Positions 31,184 through 41,576 of a stretch of 64,000 nt of DNA are shown in pieces. The DNA is from an uncultured Chloroflexia bacterium. Lineage in GTDB: Bacteria; Chloroflexota; Limnocylindria; Limnocylindrales; CSP1-4. Position 1 is the stretch's first letter. The number at the start of each line of letters is the position of its first letter. The stretch is from positions 288,001 to 352,000 of the forward strand of contig CAVYBU010000003.1 of NCBI GenBank assembly GCA_963766735.1, read 5' to 3'. The notes under the pieces were generated by a model. The model saw only the letters and a program-made list of their open reading frames with translations. It did not search any database and was not told the origin of the DNA. Position numbers and translations under genes: made by a program.

Positions 31184-32518
31184 TCATCGGAACCGCTCCG
31201 CGCTCTGGACGGGCCCGAGCGCGCCGGGGCCGTTCCACCCGCCAACGACCAGGATCGATCCGTCGGCGAGCGTCTCGACGGCAGGCGAGACCCGGGCGTC
31301 CGTCATCGCGGGTCCAGGCTCGAACCGGCCCGTCACCGGGTCGTAGATCTCGGTTGTGCGCTCGGCCTGGAGGTCCGGCGCCACCGGCATGTCCCCAGCA
31401 ATCGCCTTGCTGCTGCCACCGGCGATCAGCACCCGACCGTCGGCCATGAGGGCGGCGCCGTGCATCCAGCGGGGCCGGAGCATCGGCCCGGTCGAAGTGA
31501 ACGCGCCGGTGGCTGGGTCGAACCGCCAGGCCATGGATGACGGCGTAGCGTCGCTCGCGGTCGGGTCAGCGGCGGCGCCACCGGCGACGAGGACGGTTCC
31601 GTCCGGCAGGAGGGTCGTCGACACCCCCATTCGAGCCGCTGGGAGCGGCGCGACCGACGTGTAGCGGAGGGTCGCCGGGTCGAAGATCGCAACGGCCTGG
31701 TGCACGGGCAGCGCCGGAGTCCGCAACCCCTCGTTGAAGTCCTGGATGAGCAGCACGCGCCCGTCGGCGAGCTCGAGAGAGGTGCCGACATACCCGTCAA
31801 ACGGGGGGTGCTCAGCCCGAACCTCGGACCCGTCTGCGGGGTTGACGATCGACACCCGGTCCAGCCCGTCCGCGAAGATGACGAACCGCCCGTCCGGGAG
31901 CGGGACCGGCGCGACGAGCGATCCGCCGGGCCTGGCGACCAGCGAGGACCGACCGGTCCCCGGGTCGAAGATCTCGGCCGCCCCCCGGGGGCCGCCGAGG
32001 CCGCCCTGACCAAGCACGAGCACGCGGCCGTCCGGCAGTGCCGCAACCTGGTCCAGTGAGACGATCGTCGAGCCCGCCTCGAGGATCCGCCCGGTTGTCG
32101 GGTCAACCACGCCGACCCGGAGGCTGGACCCGCCATCGCCCATCCTGAACACGAAGGTCCGCCCATCCGGCAGGCGCACAAGCCGGGTCCCGGGGTCTGC
32201 CGCCGCCGGTACCGGCGGGTCGAAGACTCCGAGCACCAGCCTGGCAGGCGGCGGGCGCGACCCTGCCAGGAGGGCCGCCGCGATCATGCCGACGACCAGG
32301 AGGCCGAGGAGGAGGACGAGCCGCACGCGGTGTCCCCGTTGGCTGGAGATCGGTCGGGCGGGGTGCGTGACGAGGAGCCGCCAGCGCGGACGCTGCGAGG
32401 TGCGCGCGGTCTGCCGGAGGATGCCCTCGAGGTAGTCGGGCCGGCGCGGCGCGGCGATCTCGCCGATCGCGGCCGTGATGCGCTGCTCGAACGGGTCGAA
32501 CCGGTCGATCGAGGTCAT
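31184..32518 (-). CDS. Membrane-anchored Kelch-repeat protein, putative anti-sigma/sensor
   Basis: N-terminal DRFDPFEQRI..TSQRPRW, TM, repeated LPDGRVL/ADGRVLIAGG. ATGA overlap with the sigma gene. Confidence 0.8.
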   Translation of the reverse strand: MTSIDRFDPFEQRITAAIGEIAAPRRPDYLEGILRQTARTSQRPRWRLLVTHPARPISSQRGHRVRLVLLLGLLVVGMIAAALLAGSRPPPARLVLGVFDPPVPAAADPGTRLVRLPDGRTFVFRMGDGGSSLRVGVVDPTTGRILEAGSTIVSLDQVAALPDGRVLVLGQGGLGGPRGAAEIFDPGTGRSSLVARPGGSLVAPVPLPDGRFVIFADGLDRVSIVNPADGSEVRAEHPPFDGYVGTSLELADGRVLLIQDFNEGLRTPALPVHQAVAIFDPATLRYTSVAPLPAARMGVSTTLLPDGTVLVAGGAAADPTASDATPSSMAWRFDPATGAFTSTGPMLRPRWMHGAALMADGRVLIAGGSSKAIAGDMPVAPDLQAERTTEIYDPVTGRFEPGPAMTDARVSPAVETLADGSILVVGGWNGPGALGPVQSAERFR

Positions 32519-33078
32519 GCCGTCCTCCCTCCGTGCGGGCTGGGGACGGGGGGCACGTCCGTGATCAACGTCCGGCGCAGGCCTTGCATCGCCCGGTGCA
32601 GCCGCGACTTCGCAGCCGGGAGGGAGATCCCGAGCGAAGCCGCCGCCTCGGGCAGCGGGTAGCCGAGGTAGTAGTGGAGGACGACGAGCGCCCGGTGCTC
32701 CGCGTCGAGGCGGGCCAGGGCCCGCTCGACGAGGTCGCGGTCCGCGAGGCTGCGTGCGGCGTCACCGCCCGCAACCGGCTCGTCGATGGGGAGGATCTCG
32801 ACCTCGATGGGACGGCGCCGGCGCCGGCGGGCCTCGTCGAGGCAGCTGTTGACGAGGAGACGGTGGAGCCAGGCATCGAACCTCTCCGGGTCACGTAGTC
32901 CCGGGAGGTCACGCCAGGCGCGCACCAGGGCGTTCTGGACCGCGTCGCGCGCGAGCTCGCGGTCCCGCAGGATGAGGCGTGCGGCCGCGTCGAGGCGGGT
33001 GGCGGACGCCGTGGCGAGCACGGAGAAGGCGTCGTGATCGCCTCGCCCGGCCCGCTCGACGAGCTCCCGTCGGTCCAC
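32515..33078 (-). CDS. ECF sigma-70 factor
   Basis: GDHDAFSVL, ARDAVQNAL, FDAWLHRLLVNSCLDEARR, LGISLPAAKSRLHRA. Confidence 0.9.
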   Translation of the reverse strand: MDRRELVERAGRGDHDAFSVLATASATRLDAAARLILRDRELARDAVQNALVRAWRDLPGLRDPERFDAWLHRLLVNSCLDEARRRRRRPIEVEILPIDEPVAGGDAARSLADRDLVERALARLDAEHRALVVLHYYLGYPLPEAAASLGISLPAAKSRLHRAMQGLRRTLITDVPPVPSPHGGRTA

Positions 33079-33334
33079 GGTCCCTCGATCCCTCCGTCCG
33101 GACCGGCATCGCTGCGGGCCCCCTGCCCGGCGCACTCGGCCGGGTCTGCAGGGTATGGCGTCGGCGCAAGGGGAATTGTTTGCGGGTTTCCGGCGTGGAG
33201 GACCTCCGTCCGCCGGCTCCCGGCATGGGCGGCCCGCTTTGGGGCTCGAACAGGCTCGTACGCGGCGCCCAAACACCCTTCGCTGACAACGACGGCCAGG
33301 GGAGACCCGAACGGACTCGCCGCATGAACCGACC

Positions 33335-33519
33335 AGCGCCGCAGGCTACTCTTCGGACTGGCGCTCACGAAGCACATGCGCTTCCTGAGCACGAATCTCG
33401 TCGGGGCGTGGCGCAACGGTGGCGCACGTGCTCTGGGAGTCTCCGGGGCCTATTCGGTGCAGGGTCGGCCCGTCCACGCACGAACCGCTGAGCAGCGTAG
33501 GCGTCGATCATTAGGGGCT
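33335..33519 (+). repeat. tRNA-Pro 5'-half junction element, copy A (most degenerate full copy)
   Basis: ...gcacatgcgcttcctgagcacgaa - cggggcgtggcgcaacggtggcgcacgtgctctgggag (33402) - tctccggggcctattcggtgcagggtcgg...cgatcattaggggct. Confidence 0.92.
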
Positions 33520-33556
33520 TCCCGTGCGCGGGCGACCCCGGCACGGCGACAGACTC

Positions 33557-34075
33557 TCAGCCCGACGGTGCGGTTGGCGCCGGCTGGGGCCCCGTGTCTG
33601 GGCCGGGTGGAAGGACCAGCAGCGTCACCGTTGCCACGATCAGGGCGCCCAGCAGGCCCAACAGCACCCGGCGGGCCCATTGGGGCGAGACGACGGCCAC
33701 GACGACCCGGGTTACGCCGCTGGCCAGGAGGAGCGCCCCTCCGGCGTACGCGGCCATCACCAGGTACGAGGTGCCGATCCAGAAGGCATTGCCGGCCGTC
33801 GTGAGGGAGTGGCTCAAGTACAGCGGTACGACTGGCATCAGGGCGATGAGCGCACCGAGCCACGCGGCGAGGAGCCCTCGCCAGTCCGGGCGGATCATGA
33901 CGGCCGCGAGGGAGCACGTTGCCAACCAGCCCATGCGGGCGAGCGAGATCTGGCTGGAGTACGCGGGGTTGTCCAAGCCCAGGTCCGGCGAGATCAAGAG
34001 GCTGCCGACACCGAGCGCCCCCAGCAGGCCGGCCGCGGTGATGCGAGCGCAGCCATGGGACCACTGGCGTGTCAT
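33557..34075 (-). CDS. Hypothetical integral membrane protein
   Basis: About 5 hydrophobic segments. Confidence 0.6.
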   Translation of the reverse strand: MTRQWSHGCARITAAGLLGALGVGSLLISPDLGLDNPAYSSQISLARMGWLATCSLAAVMIRPDWRGLLAAWLGALIALMPVVPLYLSHSLTTAGNAFWIGTSYLVMAAYAGGALLLASGVTRVVVAVVSPQWARRVLLGLLGALIVATVTLLVLPPGPDTGPQPAPTAPSG

Positions 34076-34283
34076 CGGTTCCTTGGTGTCCACCTCAATC
34101 ACCTCACTCCATCGGTTCGGCAAATTGGGCCAGTTCGACCGCGGCATCGGCGGTCGAGGTTCCGGCACGGATCGGTCGCTCCTGTCACCGAGTTGGCGAG
34201 CATCGCGCCGAACGTCGTGCTGTCGATCTCCTCGTCGTGACCTCCGACGTCGCCGATACGAAGCGGATGTCGCCCCACCTGAG

Positions 34284-35663
34284 TCACCCGCCCGGGTAGG
34301 CGAGAAAGGCGCCGAGATCTGTCTCCCACATCCGCGCTGCGTCCGGGCCCCCGTAGGGCAGTGATCCGAACAGGATGAGGCGCCCGCCATGCGCGACCAC
34401 GGCCGTCGGGCCCTGACTGAACGCGGAGCTGGCCCCGAGCTCGAGGGTGGGGTCGTCAGGGAGACACGTCCAGCTCTCACCTGTCGCGGAGGTCCAGACA
34501 ATCAGGCGCCACGGCGGGATCTCCTCCCCGCCACCGCCCGCGGGCACCGTCGTCGCAGCACCCGTCGCCACGAGGCCGTCGTCGACCACCAGCAGCTCGC
34601 CGGCCAGCGCCATTGGGGCTCGCTGCTCGCCGGTCGGGTCACCCGGCCCGCCCGCGGACACGTCCGAGAGACCGGCGGCCTCGACCCGTTCCCAGGATTG
34701 ACCGTCGCTCGACCGCCATTGGGCGGGCAGGATCCCCTGTGCCTGGATTGCCGAGCCGATGGCGAGGAACCCCGACGCCGTGGCAGCGAGCGCCGCCGGC
34801 TCCGCCCCGTGGAAGTCGACCATGTCCGGGGCCAGGGTCCAGGTCCGGCCGTCGGGCGACCACCAGAAGGCCGCCCGCATCCCCTCGTTTGCCGTTGCGT
34901 CTGCGGCACCCGCGGCGATGTACCCGGCATCCGTCGCGATGATCACCCGGGTGCCGTTCCCGCCCGTCGCGGACGGCGCGCGCGTCCAAGTGCTCCCGTC
35001 GGGCGAGAACCAGGCAGACCCGTGCTGCCCGCAGTCGCCCCATTCGACGCCCACTGCCACGAACCCATCGGGCCCCGCCGCCACATCCTCGAGCGAAGTC
35101 GAGGCGCACCCCTGCGCGGGCTCGAAGGCGGTCGAACCGGGGACTTTGGTCCAGGAGCGGCCGTCGTCCGAAGTCCAGACCACGGGCCGGTTGCCGGAGG
35201 CGTCGTCGTTGCCCACGGCCACGAAGCTCCGAGGGCCGCGTGCGACAGCCATCATCCGCGATGCCGATCCGTCCACCGGGGCCGCGTCCCAGGTCTTTCC
35301 GTCGAGTGATGTCCAGGCTGCCGCCACCCCGATGGGGGATGCCTCCGTGGGCGCCGTGGACCCCACCGCCACGATGGCGCCGTCCACCGAGGTCGCGTCG
35401 TTGACGATCCCGGGCGCCGCTCCCACCTCCCAGGCAGGTCCACTCGCGGAGGGAGAGCCGGACGGGCTGCTGGTGGCTGGACTGCCGGCAGCTCCACAGC
35501 CGGCAACCATCCACACGCTCATGACCAAGACGGCTGCTCGCGCCGCCGCCGGCCAGGTGCCGGCGCGGCGCCGCGCGGTCGCCCCGGTGGGAATGGCGGG
35601 CAGGAGCAGCACGCAGCCGCCAAGGATGAGCCCCCCGCCGATCCGTCCGGCAAACTGGCGCAC
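34284..35663 (-). CDS. Putative lipoprotein with BNR/Asp-box-like repeats; N-terminus appears chimeric and the start is uncertain
   Basis: VAGC lipobox; repeats WTSLDGKTW, WTSDDGRSW, WFSPDGSTW, WWSPDGRTW. Confidence 0.7.
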   Translation of the reverse strand: MRQFAGRIGGGLILGGCVLLLPAIPTGATARRRAGTWPAAARAAVLVMSVWMVAGCGAAGSPATSSPSGSPSASGPAWEVGAAPGIVNDATSVDGAIVAVGSTAPTEASPIGVAAAWTSLDGKTWDAAPVDGSASRMMAVARGPRSFVAVGNDDASGNRPVVWTSDDGRSWTKVPGSTAFEPAQGCASTSLEDVAAGPDGFVAVGVEWGDCGQHGSAWFSPDGSTWTRAPSATGGNGTRVIIATDAGYIAAGAADATANEGMRAAFWWSPDGRTWTLAPDMVDFHGAEPAALAATASGFLAIGSAIQAQGILPAQWRSSDGQSWERVEAAGLSDVSAGGPGDPTGEQRAPMALAGELLVVDDGLVATGAATTVPAGGGGEEIPPWRLIVWTSATGESWTCLPDDPTLELGASSAFSQGPTAVVAHGGRLILFGSLPYGGPDAARMWETDLGAFLAYPGG

Positions 35664-35832
35664 GGTGTGCTCCCCGGGACGCTATCCGCGGATCGGCCTC
35701 ACGAGTGGCGGCGCGAGGGCCCGACCATCAATCGGTTGACGCGTGAGCCCGCGAACTGTGGCAGTCGCCGAGCTCCCGCCACAGGACACCTTCGGTGGCC
35801 GCCGGGCTCCAGGCGGGAGAAGATCGGCCCCG

Positions 35833-35895
35833 TATGCGGTGTAGGGTCGGGGGACCTGAGCGAGGCGGGCCGAGCGGCATGGGCACCGATTGTTG
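35833..35895 (+). repeat. Partial junction element, copy B (right arm only)
   Basis: tatgcggtgtagggtcgggggacctgagcgaggcgggccgagcggcatgggcaccgattgttg. Confidence 0.85.
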
Positions 35896-35985
35896 TGCGG
35901 TTGGCGTGCGCGATCCCCGGCTCTCCCGTTGCCCGGCCGGCCGCCCCCTTCCGGTTCGGTTCTCGGCCCCCTATGCTTCGCGGCC

Positions 35986-38900
35986 ATGATCCAGTGCGCG
36001 TCCTGCGGAACCGAGAACCCTGGCGGGTCGCGGTTCTGTAATGCCTGCGGCACGTCGCTCTCGGCCCCGGCTCCCTCGCTCCCCGAGGAGCGCAAGGTCG
36101 TGTCGGCGTTGTTCTGCGACCTCGTCGGTTTCACCGGCACGTCGGAGAGCGCCGACCCGGAAGACATCGACCGCATGCTCACGGCGTATTCCGCGATGGC
36201 CCGCCGCCATGTCGAGGCGCACGGCGGGGTGGTCGAGAAGTTCATCGGCGACGCGATCCTGGGCGTGTTCGGGGTGCCGGCGGCCCACGAGGACGACCCC
36301 GAGCGTGCGGTCCGGGCCGCGCTCCGGATCTGTGAGGACGCAGCCGACATGTCGGCCCTGGGCGAGGCACCGCTCCAGCTCCGGATCGGGATCAACACGG
36401 GCGAGGTCCTCGTCCGTCTCGGCGTTGCGCCTGGGTCGGGTGAGCGCTTCCTCGCCGGCGACACGATCAACACGGCGGCGCGGATCCAGGCGGTCGCCCC
36501 CGATTCCGCCGTCGCGGTCGGCCTCGCCACTTACGAGGCGACCAAGGCGGTGTTCGAGTACGTCGAGCTCCCGCCCGCGGCCCTCAAGGGCAAGGCCGAA
36601 CTCGTCCGGGTGTTCCAACCCACGGCGTCGCGGGCCCGGCTCGGCACCGACATCACCCGGACCCATCGCGGCCCGTTTGTCGGCCGCGAGATCGACCTCG
36701 CGCTCCTGCGAGGCCTGTTCGACAAGAGCATCGCGGCCGAGGCGGTGGGCCTCGTCACCGTCGTCGGGGGTCCGGGTCTCGGCAAGAGCCGGCTCGTGGC
36801 CGAGCTCGCAACGTTTGCCGACGACAGGCCGGAGTCGATCACCTGGCGGCAGGGCCACTGCCTGCCCTACGGCGAGGGGATCACGTTCTGGGCCCTGGGC
36901 GAGATCGTCAAGGCGCACGCGGGCATCGTGGAGACCGATCCGGCGTCGATCGCCGCCGACAAGCTCGAGGCGGTCCTGCCCGAGGGCGATGACCGCCCGT
37001 GGTTCCGCCAGCGTCTGCTCCCTCTGCTGGGCATTGAAGCGCCGAGCGGCGGCGCAGGAGGAGAACTGTTCGCCGGCCTGGCTGCCGCTTCCTCGAGCAC
37101 CTCGCCGAGCGGAACCCGACCGTGCTCGTGTTCGAGGACCTGCACTGGGCCGATGCAGGGCTCATCGCGTTCGTCGAGCACGTGGCGAGCCGCACCGAGG
37201 GCGTGCCGCTCCTGCTCATCGGGACGGCCCGCCCGGAGCTTCTCGAGCGTCACCCCCTGTTCCCCGGCAACAAGATCAGCCTGGCGCCGCTGTCCCCGGC
37301 CGAGACCTCCCGTCTCGTCGCGGGGCTCCTGGGGGCGGCCGTGCCATCCGAGCTCGCCGGCCCGATCCTCGAACGAGCCGAGGGCAACCCCCTCTACGCG
37401 GAGGAGTTCGTCCGCCTCCTCCGCGACCGTGACCTGCTCGACGAGTCCAAGGGCACGATCTCGCTGCGCCCGGGCGCCGCCGTCCCGCTGCCCGACTCGA
37501 TCGGGGCGCTGCTCGCGGCCCGCCTCGACACCCTGCCCCCCGACCGCAAGTCGCTGCTCGCGGACGCCGCGGTCGTGGGCAAGGTCTTCTGGGCAGGGGC
37601 GGTCGCGGCGATGGGCGGCCGGGACCTCGATGCCGTCACCGATGTCCTCCGCGAGCTGTCGCGCAAGGAGCTCGTGCGGCCCGCTCGCCGCTCCTCATTC
37701 GAAGGCGAGGCCGAGTACGCGTTCTGGCATGTGCTCGCTCGCGACGTCGCCTACAACGCCCTCCCGCGGGCATCGCGAGCGGCTCGCCACGTGGCCGCCG
37801 CCCGCTGGATCGAGTCGAAGACACCAGCCCGGGTCGAGGACCTCGCCGACGTCCTCGCCTACCACTACGGGACCGCACTCGAGCTGGCCCGGGCCGACGG
37901 CCAGGCCGACGAGGCCGCCGAGCTCGCCGTTCCTGCGTTCCGGTTCCTGTCGCTCGCGGGAGAGCGGGCACTCGGGCTCGACACCGATGCCGCCGTCGCC
38001 AACCTCGACCGGGCGCTTGCCCTCGCACCTGCGGGGCATCCCGAGCGGCCGGCGGCTCTGCTGCGGTTCGGGGAGGCGGCCTGGCACGCCGGACGATACC
38101 CGGAGGCCACGGCGGCGCTCGAGGAGGCGGTCACCCTGTTTCGAACAGGAGGCGACCTCCAGGCCGCCGGGCTGGCGATGAACGTGCTTGGCCGGGTGAT
38201 GAACGATCTGGGTGACCCGCGCGCGTTCACCCTTCCCGGCGAGGCGGTCGTCCTCCTCGAACCGCTTGGGCCGTCGCCCGAGCTCGTCACACTGCTGGCC
38301 GCGTGCGCGAGCGCGGCGTCCAACCAGGCCAGGAACCTCGACGCCATCCGGTATGCCGACCGGGCGCTCGCCCTCGCCGCAGACCTCGGCCTTCCCGAGC
38401 CCGCGTTGGCCCTCGCGTGGCGGGGCTTCGCGAGGGCCGTGCTCGGTGACGCAAGGGGCATCGATGAGGTCCGTCGCGCGACCGTGATCGCCACTGCGGC
38501 CGAGGATGGGCCCACGATGGCCTGGGTCAGCCAGCTGCTCGGGTACCTGCTCTGGGTGTTCGAGGGTCCAGCCGCGTCTCTCGTGGTCATACGGGAGACG
38601 CTTGCCTTTGCCCGCGGGCGGGGTCTCGTCGGCGCCGCCGACGCGAGCCTTGTGAACGCACTGGACGCACTCGTGGACACGGGGGAGTTCGACGAGGCGC
38701 TCCGGGTCGCGTCCGATCTCGAGACGCGCCTCCACGATGCCGTCTTCGCGCTGATCGGTGCTCACGCCGCACGGGCCGAGATCGCCGCCGTCCGCGGACG
38801 CGGCGGCGACCGGGTCGCCTCGCTGGACCGGCTCGTCGCCCACGCCCGCAAAGGGGGTTCGCTGGACTGGCTCGTCATCGGCCTGGCATCAGCCGCGCTC

Positions 38901-39372
38901 GCCCACGTGTCGGTCGGCGATCCCGAGGCGGCGGTGCGCCTGCTGCATGAGATCGAGAGCACGCCCGCGACTCGCGAGAACTCCAATTACGCCGCGTTTC
39001 TCCCGGCGATGGTCCGCGCCGCCCTGGCCGCGGGCGAGCCTGACTTGGCGAACCGCCTGGTCACAGGCCTCGAGGCACGGCATCCGTACGGGGCGCACGC
39101 GCTCGATCGCCGCAAACGCGACCCTCGCCGAGGCTCGCGGCGACCTTGCCGGTGCCGCAGAGGCATACTCGGACGCGGCGGGTCGATGGGAGCGGTTCGG
39201 GGTCGTCCCGGAACAGGCGTTCGCGCTCCTCGGTCAGGGCCGGTGCCTCATCGACCTCCGCCGGCCGGCCGAGGCGTCACCCGTGCTCCACGAGGCCCGT
39301 GAGCTCTTCGCCCGGCTCGGTGCGGCCCCCGCCCTTGCAGAGACCGACGCGCTGCTCGAGACGATCGACTGA
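35986..39372 (+). CDS. Zn-ribbon + class III adenylate/guanylate cyclase + STAND AAA ATPase + TPR-like protein (frameshifts near 37050-37085 and 39110)
   Basis: CASC..FCNAC, LFCDLVGFT, EKFIGDAI, GINTGEV, GDTINTAARIQ, GGPGLGKS, FEDLHWAD, GNPLYAEE. Confidence 0.85.
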
Positions 39373-39461
39373 CGGCCGCTTCGCGGCTGGGGCGAAGTCA
39401 GCGCCGGGCCGGCAACGATGGATCCATGCTCGGTGGAAGCAGTCCTCCGGCTGCGTGATTG

Positions 39462-39654
39462 GAGCGGTGGAGGCTGATCCGGAATGGCAGTGCGCACGGG
39501 CAATATGCGGTTCCTGAGCACGAATCTCGTCGGGGGTGTGGCGCAACGGTGGCGCACGTGCTTTGGGAGTCCCCGGGGCCTATGCGGTGTAGGGTCGGTG
39601 CTCCTGAGCGTGGCGGCCCGAGCGGCGTAGGCACCGATCATTGGGGGCTACGCG
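39462..39654 (+). repeat. tRNA-Pro 5'-half junction element, copy C
   Basis: ttcctgagcacgaatctcgt - cgggggtgtggcgcaacggtggcgcacgtgctttgggag (39531) - tccccggggcctatgcggtgtagggtcgg...gatcattgggggctacgcg. Confidence 0.95.
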
Positions 39655-39860
39655 ACCACGGCTCCGGTCCCAACACCAGCCGGTCGGTGGCCCGGTCGTA
39701 GAGGGCGATTGAGGCGGCTTCGGCCTCGAACACCGCTGCAGTGACATCCACCACCGAGTGCAGGACGGCACGCGCTGCCCGCCTCGAGGCGCCGCGCAGT
39801 TTCGGCGCGCATGGCGATCTCCCGCAGCAGCTGGAGCGTCTCCGGGCCAAGGGTCCTCAT
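39655..39860 (-). pseudogene. N-terminal fragment of a GAF-domain protein, cut off at junction element C
   Basis: MRTLGPETLQLLREIA.../RAVLHSVVDVTAAVFEAEAASIALYDRATDRLVL, then runs into the repeat. Confidence 0.7.
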
Positions 39861-39881
39861 TTCGGGATCACTCCCGGCCGG

Positions 39882-40580
39882 TCACCGTTCCGCTGCTCGC
39901 TCCAGGCGGGCGACATCCGGGATGATCAGCGTGTCTCGTTCGATCAGCAGCAGGCCGCGCGCTGTCATGTCCGCGAGCAGGCGGTTCACCGACTGGCGCG
40001 TCCCGCCGATCATGGCCGCGAGGTCGCTCTGCGTGTACGGCCAATCCAGACGGACTCCCAGCGAGCTGTCGGGTTGGGCCTCGTGGGCGAGCCGGACGAT
40101 GCGGCTGGCCAGCCGCCCCGGCAGGTCGAGGAAGAGCAGCTCCTCAACGTGGGTGGTCAGCCGCCGCAACTCCGTCACGAGTGCTGCGAACAGGGCCTTC
40201 CTCAGCAGCGGATTGGTTGCCACCAGGTCCTCGAAGCGGCGGCGGCTCAGAACCAGGGCTTCGGTTGGCTCCATGGCGACGGCCGTCGCCGAGTGTGGCG
40301 CGCCGTCGAGCAGCGCGAGCTCTCCGAAGAAGTCACCGCGCGAGAGCGTGGCGATGATGGCGTCGTCCTCGGAATCCGGGTTGGACAGTACGATCTTCAC
40401 CGAGCCTGACTCGACGATGTAGAGCGATTCGCCGGGGTCGCCCTGGTGGAAGATGGTCTCGTGCTTCCGGTAGCGGCGCACGCGGAGCGTTCCGGCGCAC
40501 AGCGCCAGGGTCTCCTCGTCGACCCGGTCGAACAGCGCACAGCTTCGGAGCGCCTCGATCGCGACGCTGGCCTCGGTCAT
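39882..40580 (-). CDS. Crp/Fnr-family transcriptional regulator
   Basis: IFHQGDPGESLYIVESGSVKI, GDFFGELALLDGAPHSATA, HTH TQSDLAAMIGGTRQSVNRLL. Confidence 0.93.
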   Translation of the reverse strand: MTEASVAIEALRSCALFDRVDEETLALCAGTLRVRRYRKHETIFHQGDPGESLYIVESGSVKIVLSNPDSEDDAIIATLSRGDFFGELALLDGAPHSATAVAMEPTEALVLSRRRFEDLVATNPLLRKALFAALVTELRRLTTHVEELLFLDLPGRLASRIVRLAHEAQPDSSLGVRLDWPYTQSDLAAMIGGTRQSVNRLLADMTARGLLLIERDTLIIPDVARLERAAER

Positions 40581-40753
40581 CGGTCCTTCTCCTCGCGACG
40601 GCCCGGCGTGAACGCATGGTCCATCGTAGTGCGCCGGCCGGGCGCCGGGGAGGAGAAGCGAGAGGCGGCGCCGATCTGGCGCCGCCTCCTGTTCAACTGG
40701 TGGGGTGGGACGTGATGACGCCCGTCGTGCCTCCCAGACCCATGCGCGGACGA

Positions 40754-41038
40754 TCAGGAAATGGCTTTCTTCATGTGGGCCTCGACGTCGTCCTCGGTCG
40801 CCGACGGGGCCTTCTTCATGCCCTCGGGCTGGACGGGCTTGTCCTCGAACCCGATGGCCTTCTTCATGTGGGCCTCGACGTCGTCCTCGGTCGCCGACGG
40901 GGCCTTCTTCATGCCCTCGGGCTGGACGGGCTTGTCCTCGAACCCGATGGCCTTCTTCATGTGGGCCTCGACGTCGTCCTCGGTCGCCGACGGGGCCTTC
41001 TTCATGCCCTCGGGCTGGACGGGCTTGTCCTCTGACAT
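40754..41038 (-). CDS. Small peptide with three 31-aa tandem repeats (EDKPVQPEGMKKAPSATEDDVEAHMKKAIGF)
   Basis: AGGAG RBS upstream of ATG 41038; 93-bp units at 40761, 40854 and 40947. Confidence 0.75.
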   Translation of the reverse strand: MSEDKPVQPEGMKKAPSATEDDVEAHMKKAIGFEDKPVQPEGMKKAPSATEDDVEAHMKKAIGFEDKPVQPEGMKKAPSATEDDVEAHMKKAIS

Positions 41039-41300
41039 CTTCTTGCTCCTGTGCTTCCATGGCCTGGTCCATCGCCTTGACCGGACCCGTCCTGATCCCC
41101 GCGGCGACCTGAGTCCAGCACCGCGGACGCCGCCTCCAGTGTCGTCATGACAACATCAGAAACCAACTCTGGAGGGCCCGCTGGAGCACCGGCTCATGCT
41201 TCGAGGCTGAACCCTGACGACGGATCAACTGCCTGCTTGACGGCCTGCTTCTCGTACGGCGCTTCGCCCCGAACCCCGGCTCAGGTGCCTGGAGCTCGAA

Positions 41301-41576
41301 CTACCTTGAACGGGCCAGCTTGACGCTGAGCTTCGGGTTCCGACGCTGAGCTTTGGGTTCCTGGGCATCGAGCTCGCTTTGACGGGCCTGCTGCGCCTCG
41401 AACTCCTGCGCGCGCGCCCGGAGGTCGCGCCGGAGTTCGGCTTCCCGCACCCGGCCCAGGTCCTGGACGACCCCCGGGTGCGGGAACATGGAGCTACCTT
41501 CGGTGTCCTTCTGATCTTCGTTCGTGCGCGTGGCCCTCTCGCGTCCCAGTTCGTCGTCCTTCGGATCGCCCATCAT
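41301..41576 (-). CDS. Small charged hypothetical protein
   Basis: GGGAGAAGG before ATGATG; MMGDPKDDELG...DTEGSSMFPHPGVVQDLGRVREAELRRDL. Confidence 0.55.
   Translation of the reverse strand: MMGDPKDDELGRERATRTNEDQKDTEGSSMFPHPGVVQDLGRVREAELRRDLRARAQEFEAQQARQSELDAQEPKAQRRNPKLSVKLARSR

Noticed and set aside
40761-41032. 93-bp repeat as CRISPR or non-coding satellite
   Set aside because: No unique spacers; the unit is a multiple of 3 inside an ORF with an RBS.
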